Of a stretch of DNA of 64,000 bases, positions 1-9,393 are shown one piece after another. How positions within the stretch are numbered: position 1 is the stretch's first letter; each line of letters begins with the position of its first letter. Location: assembly GCA_964599085.1 (NCBI GenBank), contig CAZRFD010000026.1, forward strand, positions 1,982 to 65,981, in the 5' to 3' direction. The DNA comes from an uncultured Enterobacterales bacterium (lineage in GTDB: Bacteria > Myxococcota_A > UBA796 > UBA2385). The position numbers and the translations under genes were made by a program. The notes beneath the pieces were generated by a model. That model made no database searches. It saw only the letters and a list, made by a program, of their open reading frames with translations, and was not told the origin of the DNA.

Positions 1-483
1 TGGCGGCTGCGGGTCTGGGGCGCCTGTGAACAGCCCCTCGAGCTGAGCTGGGACGCGCTGTTGGCCCTGCCGCGCCACGAGACGGTCCAGGACTTCCACT
101 GTGTGACGACCTGGTCGCGCTACGACAACCGCTGGGCCGGCGTGTCGGTGGCCGAGCTGCTGCAGCGGGCGCGGCCCACCTCGGACTGCACCCACGTCCT
201 GGTCCACAGCTACGACGCCGTCGGCTACACGACGAACCTGTCGCTGGACGACTTCGCGCGCCCCGACAACCTCGTCGCCACGCATCACGACGGCGCCCCC
301 CTGACGCCGGAACACGGCGGCCCGGTCCGCCTGGTGGTCCACCACCTCTACGCCTGGAAGAGCTGCAAGTGGCTCGGCGGCATCGAGCTGCTGACCGAGA
401 ACCAGCGGGGCTACTGGGAGGAACGCGGCTACCACGACCACGCCGATCCCTGGCTCGAAGAACGCTACTCCTACCAGGAGTAG
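1..483 (+). CDS. Molybdopterin-dependent oxidoreductase (sulfite-oxidase-family Moco-binding domain protein), 5'-truncated at the window edge
   Basis: Frame 1 is open from nt 1 (WRLRVWGACEQPLELSWDALLALPRHETVQDFHCVTTWSRYDNRWAGVSV...). The HCVT-W-S motif is typical of YedY/MsrP-like Moco domains. The ORF track lists 61..483 from an internal TTG/ATG; stop at 481-483. Confidence 0.6.
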   Translation, partial: WRLRVWGACEQPLELSWDALLALPRHETVQDFHCVTTWSRYDNRWAGVSVAELLQRARPTSDCTHVLVHSYDAVGYTTNLSLDDFARPDNLVATHHDGAPLTPEHGGPVRLVVHHLYAWKSCKWLGGIELLTENQRGYWEERGYHDHADPWLEERYSYQE

Positions 484-491
484 GCGGGCGG

Positions 492-1070
492 CTACTCCCA
501 GCCCCTCTGCACCTCGAAGACGCCGCGCCAGGTGTCCTTTGGGCCGACGCGCAGCCGGACGACGCCGTCGATGGCGCTGCCAGGCACCGGTCCCCACCAG
601 CGGCTGTCCATGGCACGGTCGCGGTCGTCGGCGAGCAGGTACCAGTGCTCTTCGGGCACCTCGACTGTGTCGCTCGTCCAGAAGGCCGCGGGCTTGCGGA
701 GGAGCACGAGCCAGTTCTTGGCACGCGCCGGCGGCTTGCTCCAGATCACCTCTTGCTGGACGCTGTCTCCGTCGAGCTCGCCCATGTCGGTCTGGCGCAC
801 GCGCTTGCCGTTGACCCGCAGCCCGCCCTCGTCCCAGCGCACCTTGGTGTCGCCGCCCGTCAGGGCGCGACGGAAGATGCGCCGGTCTGGGTCGAGGGGG
901 TCGCGCAGCACGACGATGTCGCCGCGCAGCGGCTGCACCGGCAGGACCACGACGAGGTCGCCCGGCTGCAGGGTCGGGCGCATGTCGTCGCCGCCCACGC
1001 GCCGCACGGTCGCCATCGCTGCGGCGATGACGAGCAGTGCGAGCAGGGCGAGGACCTTGAGCCAGCGCAT
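492..1070 (-). CDS. lepB: Signal peptidase I (S26 family)
   Basis: Internal Met (MRWLKVLALLALLVIAAAMA) begins an N-terminal TM anchor. Contains the S26 boxes RPTLQPGDLVVV and LADDRDRAMDSRWWGPVP. The upstream 70 aa of ORF 492..1280 is an Arg/Pro-rich extension overlapping the divergent intergenic region. Confidence 0.8.
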   Translation of the reverse strand: MRWLKVLALLALLVIAAAMATVRRVGGDDMRPTLQPGDLVVVLPVQPLRGDIVVLRDPLDPDRRIFRRALTGGDTKVRWDEGGLRVNGKRVRQTDMGELDGDSVQQEVIWSKPPARAKNWLVLLRKPAAFWTSDTVEVPEEHWYLLADDRDRAMDSRWWGPVPGSAIDGVVRLRVGPKDTWRGVFEVQRGWE

Positions 1071-1303
1071 GAAGTCCACCTCCGGGCCGGGCTCTATCTG
1101 GAGCCGTGGTGCGTCGCATGAGGAGCCCGCGAGGGCGCGGGGCCAGAGCTTGCCGGATCTCACCGCTCGACACGCATTGTCGCGGCTCGTCTCAATGGGC
1201 GCCACGCGGCCGGGCACGGTGCTACCGTCGGGACGTCCCTCGGCGAGCGTGCCAGCCAGGGCACGCCGGAGGATGCGCACCGAGTCGACGAGGAGCCTGA
1301 CGG

Positions 1304-4300
1304 ATGCACAGCCTGATCGCCCTGCTGCTCGCGGCTTCGTCCGCGTCGACGGCGCTGGACGTGCTGATCATCGACGACGGCGACAGCAACACCGGCGTGC
1401 TCACCGCCGAGCTGAACGGCCGCGGCCACAGCCTGACGAACTCCGACGATGACCTGGGCTTCACCGAAGACCAGTTCGAGGGCGACGAGGTCGACCTCAC
1501 GACCTTCGACGCCGTCATCTGGCTCGACGGCTTCACGGCGGTGCTCGACGAGATGCCGGACTCGGGCCAGGCCGCGCTGTTGGAATACGTCAACGCCGGC
1601 GGTGGGCTGCTGGTCTTCGGGTCGAGCGGCTACCAGTACGCCGCCTACGACTTCCACGCGACCCTGGCCGACGTGATCCCCCTGCGCAGCGACGTCATCG
1701 GTGACGCCGACGGCACGATCGTCTGCCTCGACGACACCCACCGGGTCGCCGCCGGCTGGGCCCTGGACGAAGAGACGGTGGTGTCCACGGGTGGTATCGG
1801 CGTGGATGCCGCCGCCTCCGGCGACGTGGTCTTCGGGGCGGTGACCAGCGCCGGCGACGTCTATGACGCCATCGTCGTGACGGAGCCGGGGGACGGCCGC
1901 AGCGTGCAGTACGCGTTCTGGGGCAACGCCACGGCCGCGGGCGCGGACTTCGAGACCGACTGGGCCGACGACGCCATCAGCGACCTCGTGGAGAACGGGC
2001 TGCAGTGGGTGGTCCAGCGTCCGCCGGAGGTCACCATCACCGCGTCCTGGACCGTCGGCGCCGGCGGGACGCGCACGCTGACCCCGACCAGCGCCTACGA
2101 CCCCGACGGTGGCAGCGTGACCCTGTCGTGGGACGTGGGCGGGGACGGCACCGAAGACGGCACCGGCGACAGCTTCGACTTCGTCGCGACGGACTACGAC
2201 GGGCCCACCGAAGAGACAGTGGTCCTCACCGTCACCGACGACGAGGGCGAGTCCAGCTCGGCGACGGCGACGGTCACCATCAACAACACCGCGCCGGTCA
2301 TCGACGAGGTCCCCGCCCCCGATGTCGTCGACGAGGGGAGCGACCAGGAGCTGACGCTGCTGTTCAGCGACGTCGAGTCGGCCGACACGCACGTCGTGAG
2401 CTGGGACTTCGGCGACGGGGACACGGCTGAGGGCAACCCCATCACCCACGCCTGGGTTGACGAGGGGCGCTACACCGTCACCGTGTCCGTCACCGATGAC
2501 GATGGCGGCACCGACAGCGCCGTGTTCACCCAGTCGGTCACCAACGTCGACCCGGCGCTGTCCGGCGACCCCGATCCCACCGCCACCCAGGGCGCACTGT
2601 GGAGCTTCACCCCCACGGTCGAAGACCCGGGAGTGGACGACGTGCTGACCTTCGGGGGGACCTGGCCCCCCGACGCCGAGCTCGATCCGGACACGGGCAC
2701 GCTGACCTGGACGCCGGGCAGCGACGCCGTCGGCCTGGAGCACACCTTCGTCCTGACCGTCTCGGACGGGGATGGCGGGGAAGACGCCATGAGCTGGACG
2801 GTCACGGTCGAGCTCGACGACGTCGACGGCGACGGCATGAGCGACTCCTGGGAGGACAGCTACGGCCTGGACCCGACCGACCCCGACGACGCCGCCGAGG
2901 ACCCCGACGGCGACGGGCGGACCAACCTCGACGAGTTCACCGGCGACAGTGACCCGACGACCTACGAGGGCCCCTCGCTGCCCACCCTGATCTCCCCCAT
3001 CGCCGACGAAGAGGTCGACGACCCCACGCCGATGCTCACCATCGGCAACGCCGACGCACCGCTGGGCCAGTCGGTCAGCTACAGCTTCTACGTCTACAGC
3101 GACGCCGAGCTCACCGACCTCGTCGCCTCCGTCACCGATCGGCGGGGCGGCAACTCCGGGCAGACCACCTGGACGATCACCGGTGTGAGCCTCAGCGAGA
3201 ATGCCGACTACTGGTGGACCGCCAGCGCCGCGGATGAGTACGTCGAGACGGCCACCGTTGACCCTGCCGAGAGCTTCTTCGTCAACATCGTCAACGAAGC
3301 CCCCGACGCCCCCGAGCTGTCGACCCCCTTCGACGGCGGCATCGCCGAGAGCCTGACCCCCCAGCTCGTGCTTTACGAGTCCAGCGACCCCGACCGGGAC
3401 CCGCTCACCTACAGCATCGAGATCACGGACGAGGCCGGCACGGCCTTGACGACGACCTCGGGGCTGACGGGGGACGGCAGCACGGTGGCCTGGGTGCCTG
3501 ATGTCGTGCTCAGCGACGAGACGACCTACTGCTGGACGGCGCGCGCCGTCGACGACGAGGGTCTGGAGAGCCCCGCCGCGACGCAGGCCTGCTTCTTCGT
3601 GGACCTGGAGAACGACCCGCCGACGATGCCCACCATCGTGGACCCGGCCGACGATGGCTTCGTGCAGACGCTGTCTCCCACCATCACCGTCGAAGACGGC
3701 GTCGACCCGGAGGGGCGGGCGACCATCGAGGAGTTCCAGCTCGACGTCAGCGACGCCTTCGACTCCGAGCTGCTCCAGATCGGGCAGGTCGACGTCGACG
3801 ACGACGGCACCAGCTCCTGGGTTCCACCCGAGCTGCTCACCGAGGACACGCGCTGGTACCTGCGGGTGCGCTGCAACGACGGCGGCGCGGCCAGCGACTG
3901 GGCCACCAGCTCGTTTGTGGTCTCCGCCGACAACGCCGCTCCCTCCATCCCCGAGCTGCTGTCGCCAGCGAAGGGCGACGAGGTGACAGACGCCCCCGGG
4001 CTGACGGTGGCCAACGCCACCGACCCGGAAGCCCGCGTCCTGACCTACGACTTCCGCGTGCTCGACCGCGCCGGCCAGGTGATCACCGAGACCAGCGGTG
4101 TGGCCGAGGGCAGCGACGGCGAGACGAGCTGGACCGCCGCCAGCCTGCCGACTGGCGTGTACACCTGGAGCGCGAGGAGCGTGGACGAGGACGGCGGCGA
4201 GAGTGAGTGGGCGCAGGCCGTGGTCTTCGCGGTGAGCGACGGAGGCGCCACCACGCCCCCCGGCGACGACACCGGTGGCGGGGGGCCTGGCTATGAAGCC

Positions 4301-4417
4301 CCCGCCATCGCGGGTGAGGGCTGCTCCTGCGCCAGTGGGGGCGGCGCGCCGCGCGGCCTCGCGGGCCTGGTCCTCGTGTCAGGGGCCCTGCTGGGCTTGC
4401 TCCGCCGTCGACGCTGA
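1304..4417 (+). CDS. Large secreted cell-surface protein with GATase1/ThuA-like N-terminal domain, PKD domains, thrombospondin-type-3-like Asp repeats, and MYXO-CTERM-type C-terminal sorting tail
   Basis: GAGGAG 8 nt upstream of the ATG; signal peptide MHSLIALLLAASSASTA. PKD motif WDFGDGDTAEGNPITHAWVDEGRYTVTVSVTDDDGGTDS. TSP3-like repeat DDVDGDGMSDSWEDSYGLDPTDPDDAAEDPDGDGRTNLDEF. C-terminal GEGCSCASGGGAPRGLAGLVLVSGALLGLLRRRR* (Cys-rich motif, hydrophobic helix, Arg cluster). Confidence 0.85.
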   Translation: MHSLIALLLAASSASTALDVLIIDDGDSNTGVLTAELNGRGHSLTNSDDDLGFTEDQFEGDEVDLTTFDAVIWLDGFTAVLDEMPDSGQAALLEYVNAGGGLLVFGSSGYQYAAYDFHATLADVIPLRSDVIGDADGTIVCLDDTHRVAAGWALDEETVVSTGGIGVDAAASGDVVFGAVTSAGDVYDAIVVTEPGDGRSVQYAFWGNATAAGADFETDWADDAISDLVENGLQWVVQRPPEVTITASWTVGAGGTRTLTPTSAYDPDGGSVTLSWDVGGDGTEDGTGDSFDFVATDYDGPTEETVVLTVTDDEGESSSATATVTINNTAPVIDEVPAPDVVDEGSDQELTLLFSDVESADTHVVSWDFGDGDTAEGNPITHAWVDEGRYTVTVSVTDDDGGTDSAVFTQSVTNVDPALSGDPDPTATQGALWSFTPTVEDPGVDDVLTFGGTWPPDAELDPDTGTLTWTPGSDAVGLEHTFVLTVSDGDGGEDAMSWTVTVELDDVDGDGMSDSWEDSYGLDPTDPDDAAEDPDGDGRTNLDEFTGDSDPTTYEGPSLPTLISPIADEEVDDPTPMLTIGNADAPLGQSVSYSFYVYSDAELTDLVASVTDRRGGNSGQTTWTITGVSLSENADYWWTASAADEYVETATVDPAESFFVNIVNEAPDAPELSTPFDGGIAESLTPQLVLYESSDPDRDPLTYSIEITDEAGTALTTTSGLTGDGSTVAWVPDVVLSDETTYCWTARAVDDEGLESPAATQACFFVDLENDPPTMPTIVDPADDGFVQTLSPTITVEDGVDPEGRATIEEFQLDVSDAFDSELLQIGQVDVDDDGTSSWVPPELLTEDTRWYLRVRCNDGGAASDWATSSFVVSADNAAPSIPELLSPAKGDEVTDAPGLTVANATDPEARVLTYDFRVLDRAGQVITETSGVAEGSDGETSWTAASLPTGVYTWSARSVDEDGGESEWAQAVVFAVSDGGATTPPGDDTGGGGPGYEAPAIAGEGCSCASGGGAPRGLAGLVLVSGALLGLLRRRR

Positions 4418-4460
4418 CCCTCTCGCTGACCGAGCCGTGCCCGCGGGTAGGATTGCGCCC

Positions 4461-5228
4461 ATGAAGATCGCTGCCGTCCAGTACCGCCCGCCCCACGGGC
4501 GCCCGGCCCGAGCCCGCAAGGACCTCGCCCGCCGCGTGCGCGCTGCGGTCGAAGCCGGCGCCCGCCTCGTCGTGCTGCCGGAGATGGCGACCACCGGCTA
4601 TGTCTGGCCGGACGCCGACGCCCTCCGCCCCCACGCCGAGCCCGCCCACGGTCCGACCCTGGACGCGCTCCGCCAGGCGGCACAGGCCGGCGGCGGCGCC
4701 TGGGTGGTCTGCGGCTTCGCCGAGCGGGCCGACGACGGGACCCTGTTCAACAGCGCGCTCGTGCTGCGCCCCGACGGCGAGCTGGGGGCCTGCTACCGGA
4801 AGGTGCTGCTCTACGACCTGGACCGGACGTGGGCCCAGCCGGGACGCCAGCGTGTGATCCTGCCGACCACCTTCGGCAGCGTGGCGCCGGCCATCTGCAT
4901 GGATCTCAACGACGACCGGTTCACCACCTGGCTGCACATGACCACGCCGGACATCCTGGCCTTCTGCACCAACTGGGTGGAGGAGGGAGAAGACGTCCAC
5001 GCCTGGTGGCGGCTGCGCCTGCGGGGGTGGCGGGGCTGGCTGGTAGCGGCCAACCGGTGGGGAGAAGAGGCCGGCACGCGGTTCTCGGGGCGGTCGGCCA
5101 TCCTGGCCCCGGGCGGCGCGCTGGCGGCCACGGCCGACGCCGAGGGTGACGCGATCCTCCTCGTCGAGACGGAGGACTTCGTGCGGCCCCTCGACGAGAC
5201 CGATCCCGACCTGGCCCGCTGGAGCTGA
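4461..5228 (+). CDS. Carbon-nitrogen hydrolase (nitrilase superfamily)
   Basis: Start MKIAAVQYRP is typical of the CN-hydrolase N-terminus. Catalytic E in VVLPEMATTGY, K in CYRKVLLYD, and C in AICMDLND. The ORF-track start at 4275 would overlap the upstream gene's 3' end, so the internal ATG at 4461 is preferred. Confidence 0.8.
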   Translation: MKIAAVQYRPPHGRPARARKDLARRVRAAVEAGARLVVLPEMATTGYVWPDADALRPHAEPAHGPTLDALRQAAQAGGGAWVVCGFAERADDGTLFNSALVLRPDGELGACYRKVLLYDLDRTWAQPGRQRVILPTTFGSVAPAICMDLNDDRFTTWLHMTTPDILAFCTNWVEEGEDVHAWWRLRLRGWRGWLVAANRWGEEAGTRFSGRSAILAPGGALAATADAEGDAILLVETEDFVRPLDETDPDLARWS

Positions 5229-5252
5229 TTGGGTCGTGCCCGCGCGCGAAGC

Positions 5253-5552
5253 TCAGCAACCTCCCGGGTCGAGGTCTCCGGCCGCGATCTCCCAGCGCAG
5301 GCCGCGGCTGGCCACGGCTTCCGCGCAGGATCCGGTCACCGTGTAGGCCTCCAGCAGGCTGCTGGTGCCGGTGTCCAGGGTGGGCAGCTCGATCTGGACG
5401 AAGGTCGAGGGTGGCAGCTCGGCTCCAGCGAGGAGGTCGGTCTCGGCCCGGTCGAACACCGCGGTCACCACGACATCGGTCTGGTTGACGATGACCATCC
5501 CGCTGTCGTGGCTGCATCCGGTGAGCGCCCACAGCAGCAGCGCCATCGGCAT
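5253..5552 (-). CDS. Small putative lipoprotein
   Basis: MPMALLLWALTGCSHDSG gives a signal peptide plus lipobox (LTGC). 99 aa, no recognisable domain. Confidence 0.45.
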   Translation of the reverse strand: MPMALLLWALTGCSHDSGMVIVNQTDVVVTAVFDRAETDLLAGAELPPSTFVQIELPTLDTGTSSLLEAYTVTGSCAEAVASRGLRWEIAAGDLDPGGC

Positions 5553-5733
5553 GCTGCTGCGCTGCGCTTCCCGGGGGGGCATCGGATCTCCTCGCTCATC
5601 TTCAAGGTAGACCTGGGACCATCGCGTCGCCCCGACCGTTTGTCACGGAATGTCGTGCGTCGGCTCGCACGCTTGTCGGGCGGCAGCGCCTGTGGTGCGG
5701 CGGCCGGGAGTGCGGACCCGCCGCGGGCGGTCG

Positions 5734-7182
5734 TCAGCGCGACAGCCAGCCCTTGCGGTGCAGGCGCTTGACCTCTGCGCGGGCGCGGGCGAGGTCGTCT
5801 TCGAGCCGGGCGCGCATGTCGTCGGAGGCGGCCAGCTCGGCGTTCTTCTTCTCTACATCCGCTTGCAGCGAGGCGATCCGCTCGTTGGCCGTCTCCAGGT
5901 CGTCGGCGGCCTGGGCGGAGCGGGCGCCGAGCACCGTGATGGCCTGCCGCTTGAAGGAGGCGACCTCGTCGACGGCGCGGGACAGCCGCTCGACCGTCCC
6001 GAGCAGCTGCTGGAGCTGGCCCGTGAGCCGGGCGACCTCCTGGCGCTTGGCGACGGCTTCGGCTTCGGCCCGGGCAGCGCGGTCGTCGGCCGCGATGGCG
6101 CGGGCGTCGGCGGCGGCGGCCCGGGCGGCGAGGTCGGCGGCGCGGCTCAGCGGACCGGGGGGCGCCCGGTGCGATGCGGGCGCGTCGAGCCAGTCGACGA
6201 GGGAGGCGGCACAGGCGGCCGCGCTGCGCTGGCGGGCCAGGGCCCGGGCGGCCTTGGCACACGCGCGGAGCGCGCTCCCCCCTGCCGCCACGTCGTCGAG
6301 GACAGCGTCCAGGACGTCTTCGATGTCTCCGGCCCAGGCGGCGCCGGCCAGGGCTTCGTCCACGGCGGAGTCCGCGGCACAGAGCACGGGCAGCCCGGCG
6401 GCGAGGTAGTCGGCGTGGCGGAAGCCCAGGGCGAGCTGGCGTTCGGGGTTGTCGGCCATCCAGTCCAGGGCGGCCGTGGCCCCGGCCCAGGCCTTCTGCA
6501 GCGCGTCCCAGGGCAGGGTCCCGGCGCGCTCCAGGCGGGGGTGGTCGGGGAGGCTGTCGGCATCGCCGTACCAGCGCACGCTGCCGATGCCGCGGCGGTC
6601 GAGGTGGGCCAGCACGCGGTCGAGGCCCTCCCGCGGATCGGCCCAGGGCCAGGCCTGTCCCCCGCCGACGAAGACCGGGGAGGCGGGCCAGCGATGCCGC
6701 AGCGGCTCGCGGCTGGCGATGGGGACCAGCAGGGTCGGGTCGCGGCGCACGTCGACCCCGGCCAAGGCGAGCACACCGAGCCAGGACCAGCGCTGCCGCG
6801 GGCTGCTCACCAGGAAGACGTCGCCGGCGGCGAGCGCGCGCAGCACCGCCGGCGCCGCTTCCGCGAGGGCGCCCTGGAAGGGAGCCTCCAGGAGCCGGGG
6901 CGCGTACAGGTCGACGGCGAGGGGCTTGCCCAGCACGGCGAGCGCGGGCGCGTCCTCGAGCTGCACGCAGACGACGGCGTCCGGGCCCCGCGCCGTCGCC
7001 TTGCGCACGAGGTCGGCGGGCGAGGCGAAGCCGCCGGGCTCGTCCTGATCGCGGGCCAGGTAGCACACGTCGAGGCCGGCCTGCTGCAGCCCCCGGCCGA
7101 GCTGCCAGGCGCGGATCCCGCCGCCGCTCGCCGGGCGGCCGGTGGCGGGGAGGCTTCCGTGGTGGACGACGAGGATGCGCAT
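5734..7182 (-). CDS. Glycosyltransferase (GT-B fold, GT1/GT4-like) with ~150-aa C-terminal coiled-coil extension
   Basis: N-terminal MRILVVHHGSLPATG...GGG and central GT-B sugar-donor region. C-terminus (ARAEAEAVAKRQEVARLTGQLQQLL...LQADVEKKNAELAAS...RARAEVKRLHRKGW) is heptad-like, Ala/Glu/Arg-rich coiled coil. Chosen over overlapping Arg-rich ORFs in other frames. Confidence 0.75.
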   Translation of the reverse strand: MRILVVHHGSLPATGRPASGGGIRAWQLGRGLQQAGLDVCYLARDQDEPGGFASPADLVRKATARGPDAVVCVQLEDAPALAVLGKPLAVDLYAPRLLEAPFQGALAEAAPAVLRALAAGDVFLVSSPRQRWSWLGVLALAGVDVRRDPTLLVPIASREPLRHRWPASPVFVGGGQAWPWADPREGLDRVLAHLDRRGIGSVRWYGDADSLPDHPRLERAGTLPWDALQKAWAGATAALDWMADNPERQLALGFRHADYLAAGLPVLCAADSAVDEALAGAAWAGDIEDVLDAVLDDVAAGGSALRACAKAARALARQRSAAACAASLVDWLDAPASHRAPPGPLSRAADLAARAAAADARAIAADDRAARAEAEAVAKRQEVARLTGQLQQLLGTVERLSRAVDEVASFKRQAITVLGARSAQAADDLETANERIASLQADVEKKNAELAASDDMRARLEDDLARARAEVKRLHRKGWLSR

Positions 7183-7245
7183 CGACGAGGAGCGTACCAG
7201 CCGCGCCCCACCTCAACCGCGCCCAGCGCGGTAGCTTGAGACCCG

Positions 7246-9393
7246 ATGCCCTCTGCCCGCCGAAGCCGCCGTGACCTGCTGCGCGACTGCGCGATGTACC
7301 TGTCGCGCCGCCTGGGCCGCGGCCTGGCGCCTCCCGACCGGGTCAGCGTCAACCTCACCCTGCGCTGCAACCTGCACTGCACGATGTGCACGACCTGCTA
7401 CGACAGCCCGGAGCTGTCCACCGACGAGGTCAAGGGCATCATCGACCAGACGGCGGCCTGGGGGGTGGAGGTCTTCAACCCGCTGGGCGGCGAGCCCTTC
7501 ATGCGCGCCGACATCGAGGAGATCCTCGCCTACGCCGTGGCCCGGGGCTTCTACGTCACCGTGACCACCAACGGCACCTTGATCACGGAGAAGCGGGCGC
7601 GGGCCATCGCCGCGATCCCGGCGGACCGCCTGCACGTCAACATCAGCCTCGACGGCGACGAGGCCGCCAACGACGCCATCCGCGGGGCGGGCATGTGGAG
7701 GCGGGCGATCACCGGCTACCAGCGGATCCGCGCTGCCGACGCCGCCGCGGGCAACAGCCGCCGCAAGATCCTCGCCAACAGCATCCTGCACGCCGGCGTG
7801 CTCGACCGCTTCGAGGCCATCCTCGACCAGCAGGCCGCGCTCGGCTTCGACGGCGTGCAGATCCTCAACCTGTTCCGCGCCGGTCCGGACGTGCCCGCCG
7901 AGAGCCGCGCGCTGTGGTTCTCCGGCGATCAGCTCGACACGCTCGACGCGCTGGCCGGGCGCCTCGCCCAACGCGCCGAGACCCAGGGGCCCGCCGGCTA
8001 CCGGATCCAGAACGACCCGGGCGCGCTCCGCAAGATCCCGCGGTACTACCGCGACGAGCTGGGACCGCTGGAGGCGCCCTGCTGGGCTGGCTTCAAGGAG
8101 CTGTACATCAACGCCGACGGCGCCGCGATCATGTGCGACGGCCAGCTCGACTTCCTCAAAGGCAGCTTCGGCAGCGTCCGTGAGCAGACCCTGCGCCAGC
8201 TCTGGAGCAGCCCGCTGCTCGCAGAGCGGCGCGCCGTGGTGAAGGCCTGCACGACACCGTGCATCCAGGACTGCTACCTGCGGCAGCAGAGCGACTCGGG
8301 GCGGGAGCTGGTGGCCGACGCCGGACGCCTCGCCGCCGACCAGCTCCGGGCCCGGGTCGCGCGCCTGCGCCGCCGGGTGGAGCACGTGGACGGGGCGGTC
8401 CTGCGGCTGGAGCTGAGCGACGTGACCGACGCGCCCGCGCCGGGCTGCACGACCCCCATGTCCCGCTGGGAGCGCCTGGTGGAGGGGCTGCCGCAGGCCC
8501 CCTCGGCCGAGACCTGGGGTGCGCTGCGCGACCGTGGCTACCTCGACTTCGGGCGGGGCTTCATGGGCTTCGAGATCGTGCGCGCCGTCTGTGCGGACCT
8601 CGTGACGGCGCGCCTGCGCTTCGACACGCTGGCGCTGCGGTGGCGCGGCGAGCCGCTGCTGCACGGCGAGATCGAGCCGATCCTCTCCCACCTGCTCGAC
8701 CACGTGGCGAGGGGCGAGGTGGCGGGTCGGCTGCGCCTGGAGACGAGCGGCCGCTTCTACACCGACCCGCTGCTGGCCCTGGCCGGGCGCCCCGTGCCGC
8801 AGGACATCGTCGTCGACCTGGACCGCTGGGCCGGCTTCGATGGCGGCGGGGCATGGACGCCTGCCGCCGGGCTGCCCCCGGCGCTGCCCCGGCTCGAAGC
8901 CCTGGCCGGGCCCCACACCCGCATCCTGCTGACGGTCCGAGCGACCGCCGACACCGACGCAGCCGCGCTCCGAGCGCTGCGTCCACGCTACGCTCTCGCT
9001 GCGGGCCGCTACCCGGACACGGGCGACCGGGTCATCTTCGCCCGTCGGACCGACCACGATCACTTCCTGGCCAACCGCGACGCCAGGGCCGCGCTCGCTG
9101 CGGTGGCCGACGCCTGGGGAGTCCCCGTAGACCTCGGTGACGAGGACGGCCCGCGGCGCTGCGTTGCGCCTCGGCGCACCCCCACCGTGAGCTGGGACGC
9201 CAAGATCACGCTGTGTCCCCGAGACGTGCAGCTCCAGCAGCGGGTGGGCGAGGTGACCAGTGGCCGCCTCTCCGAGGTGTGGCGGGGCCCCGACCTGGAG
9301 GCCGCCCGGCGGCAGTGTGACGGCAGCGGTGTCCCCGACCGCGCGCTGTGTCGGGACTGCCCGTGGCCGTGGAGTCCGAACCTGCCGGGCTAG
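7246..9393 (+). CDS. Radical SAM / SPASM-domain protein, tandemly duplicated (second radical-SAM-like half has lost the CxxxCxxC cluster motif)
   Basis: First half: CNLHCTMCTTC (Cx3Cx2C), GGEPF, TVTTNGTLI, then SPASM-like cysteines (CWAGF...IMCDG...ACTTPCIQDCY). Second half (from about aa 400): FEIVRAVCADLV...GEPLLHGE...LETSGRF but no Cx3Cx2C, followed by a second SPASM-like tail (RRCVAP...AKITLCPRD...CDGSG...CRDCPW). Possible alternative start at M17 (MYLSRRLG). Confidence 0.8.
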   Translation: MPSARRSRRDLLRDCAMYLSRRLGRGLAPPDRVSVNLTLRCNLHCTMCTTCYDSPELSTDEVKGIIDQTAAWGVEVFNPLGGEPFMRADIEEILAYAVARGFYVTVTTNGTLITEKRARAIAAIPADRLHVNISLDGDEAANDAIRGAGMWRRAITGYQRIRAADAAAGNSRRKILANSILHAGVLDRFEAILDQQAALGFDGVQILNLFRAGPDVPAESRALWFSGDQLDTLDALAGRLAQRAETQGPAGYRIQNDPGALRKIPRYYRDELGPLEAPCWAGFKELYINADGAAIMCDGQLDFLKGSFGSVREQTLRQLWSSPLLAERRAVVKACTTPCIQDCYLRQQSDSGRELVADAGRLAADQLRARVARLRRRVEHVDGAVLRLELSDVTDAPAPGCTTPMSRWERLVEGLPQAPSAETWGALRDRGYLDFGRGFMGFEIVRAVCADLVTARLRFDTLALRWRGEPLLHGEIEPILSHLLDHVARGEVAGRLRLETSGRFYTDPLLALAGRPVPQDIVVDLDRWAGFDGGGAWTPAAGLPPALPRLEALAGPHTRILLTVRATADTDAAALRALRPRYALAAGRYPDTGDRVIFARRTDHDHFLANRDARAALAAVADAWGVPVDLGDEDGPRRCVAPRRTPTVSWDAKITLCPRDVQLQQRVGEVTSGRLSEVWRGPDLEAARRQCDGSGVPDRALCRDCPWPWSPNLPG

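Noticed and set aside
1160-2743. 527-aa minus-strand ORF antisense to the PKD surface protein; also 532..1452+, 369..1121+, 2005..2430+ and 2599..2952+
   Set aside because: Arg/Gly/Pro-rich, no start context, and fully overlapped by genes with clear domain signatures. These are typical shadow ORFs of 70% GC DNA.
5465-7239. Long overlapping ORFs 5465..7216-, 5650..7239+ and 6174..7274+ across the glycosyltransferase gene
   Set aside because: Extreme Arg/Pro/Gly composition and no motifs. The 5734..7182 frame carries the GT-B fold signatures.
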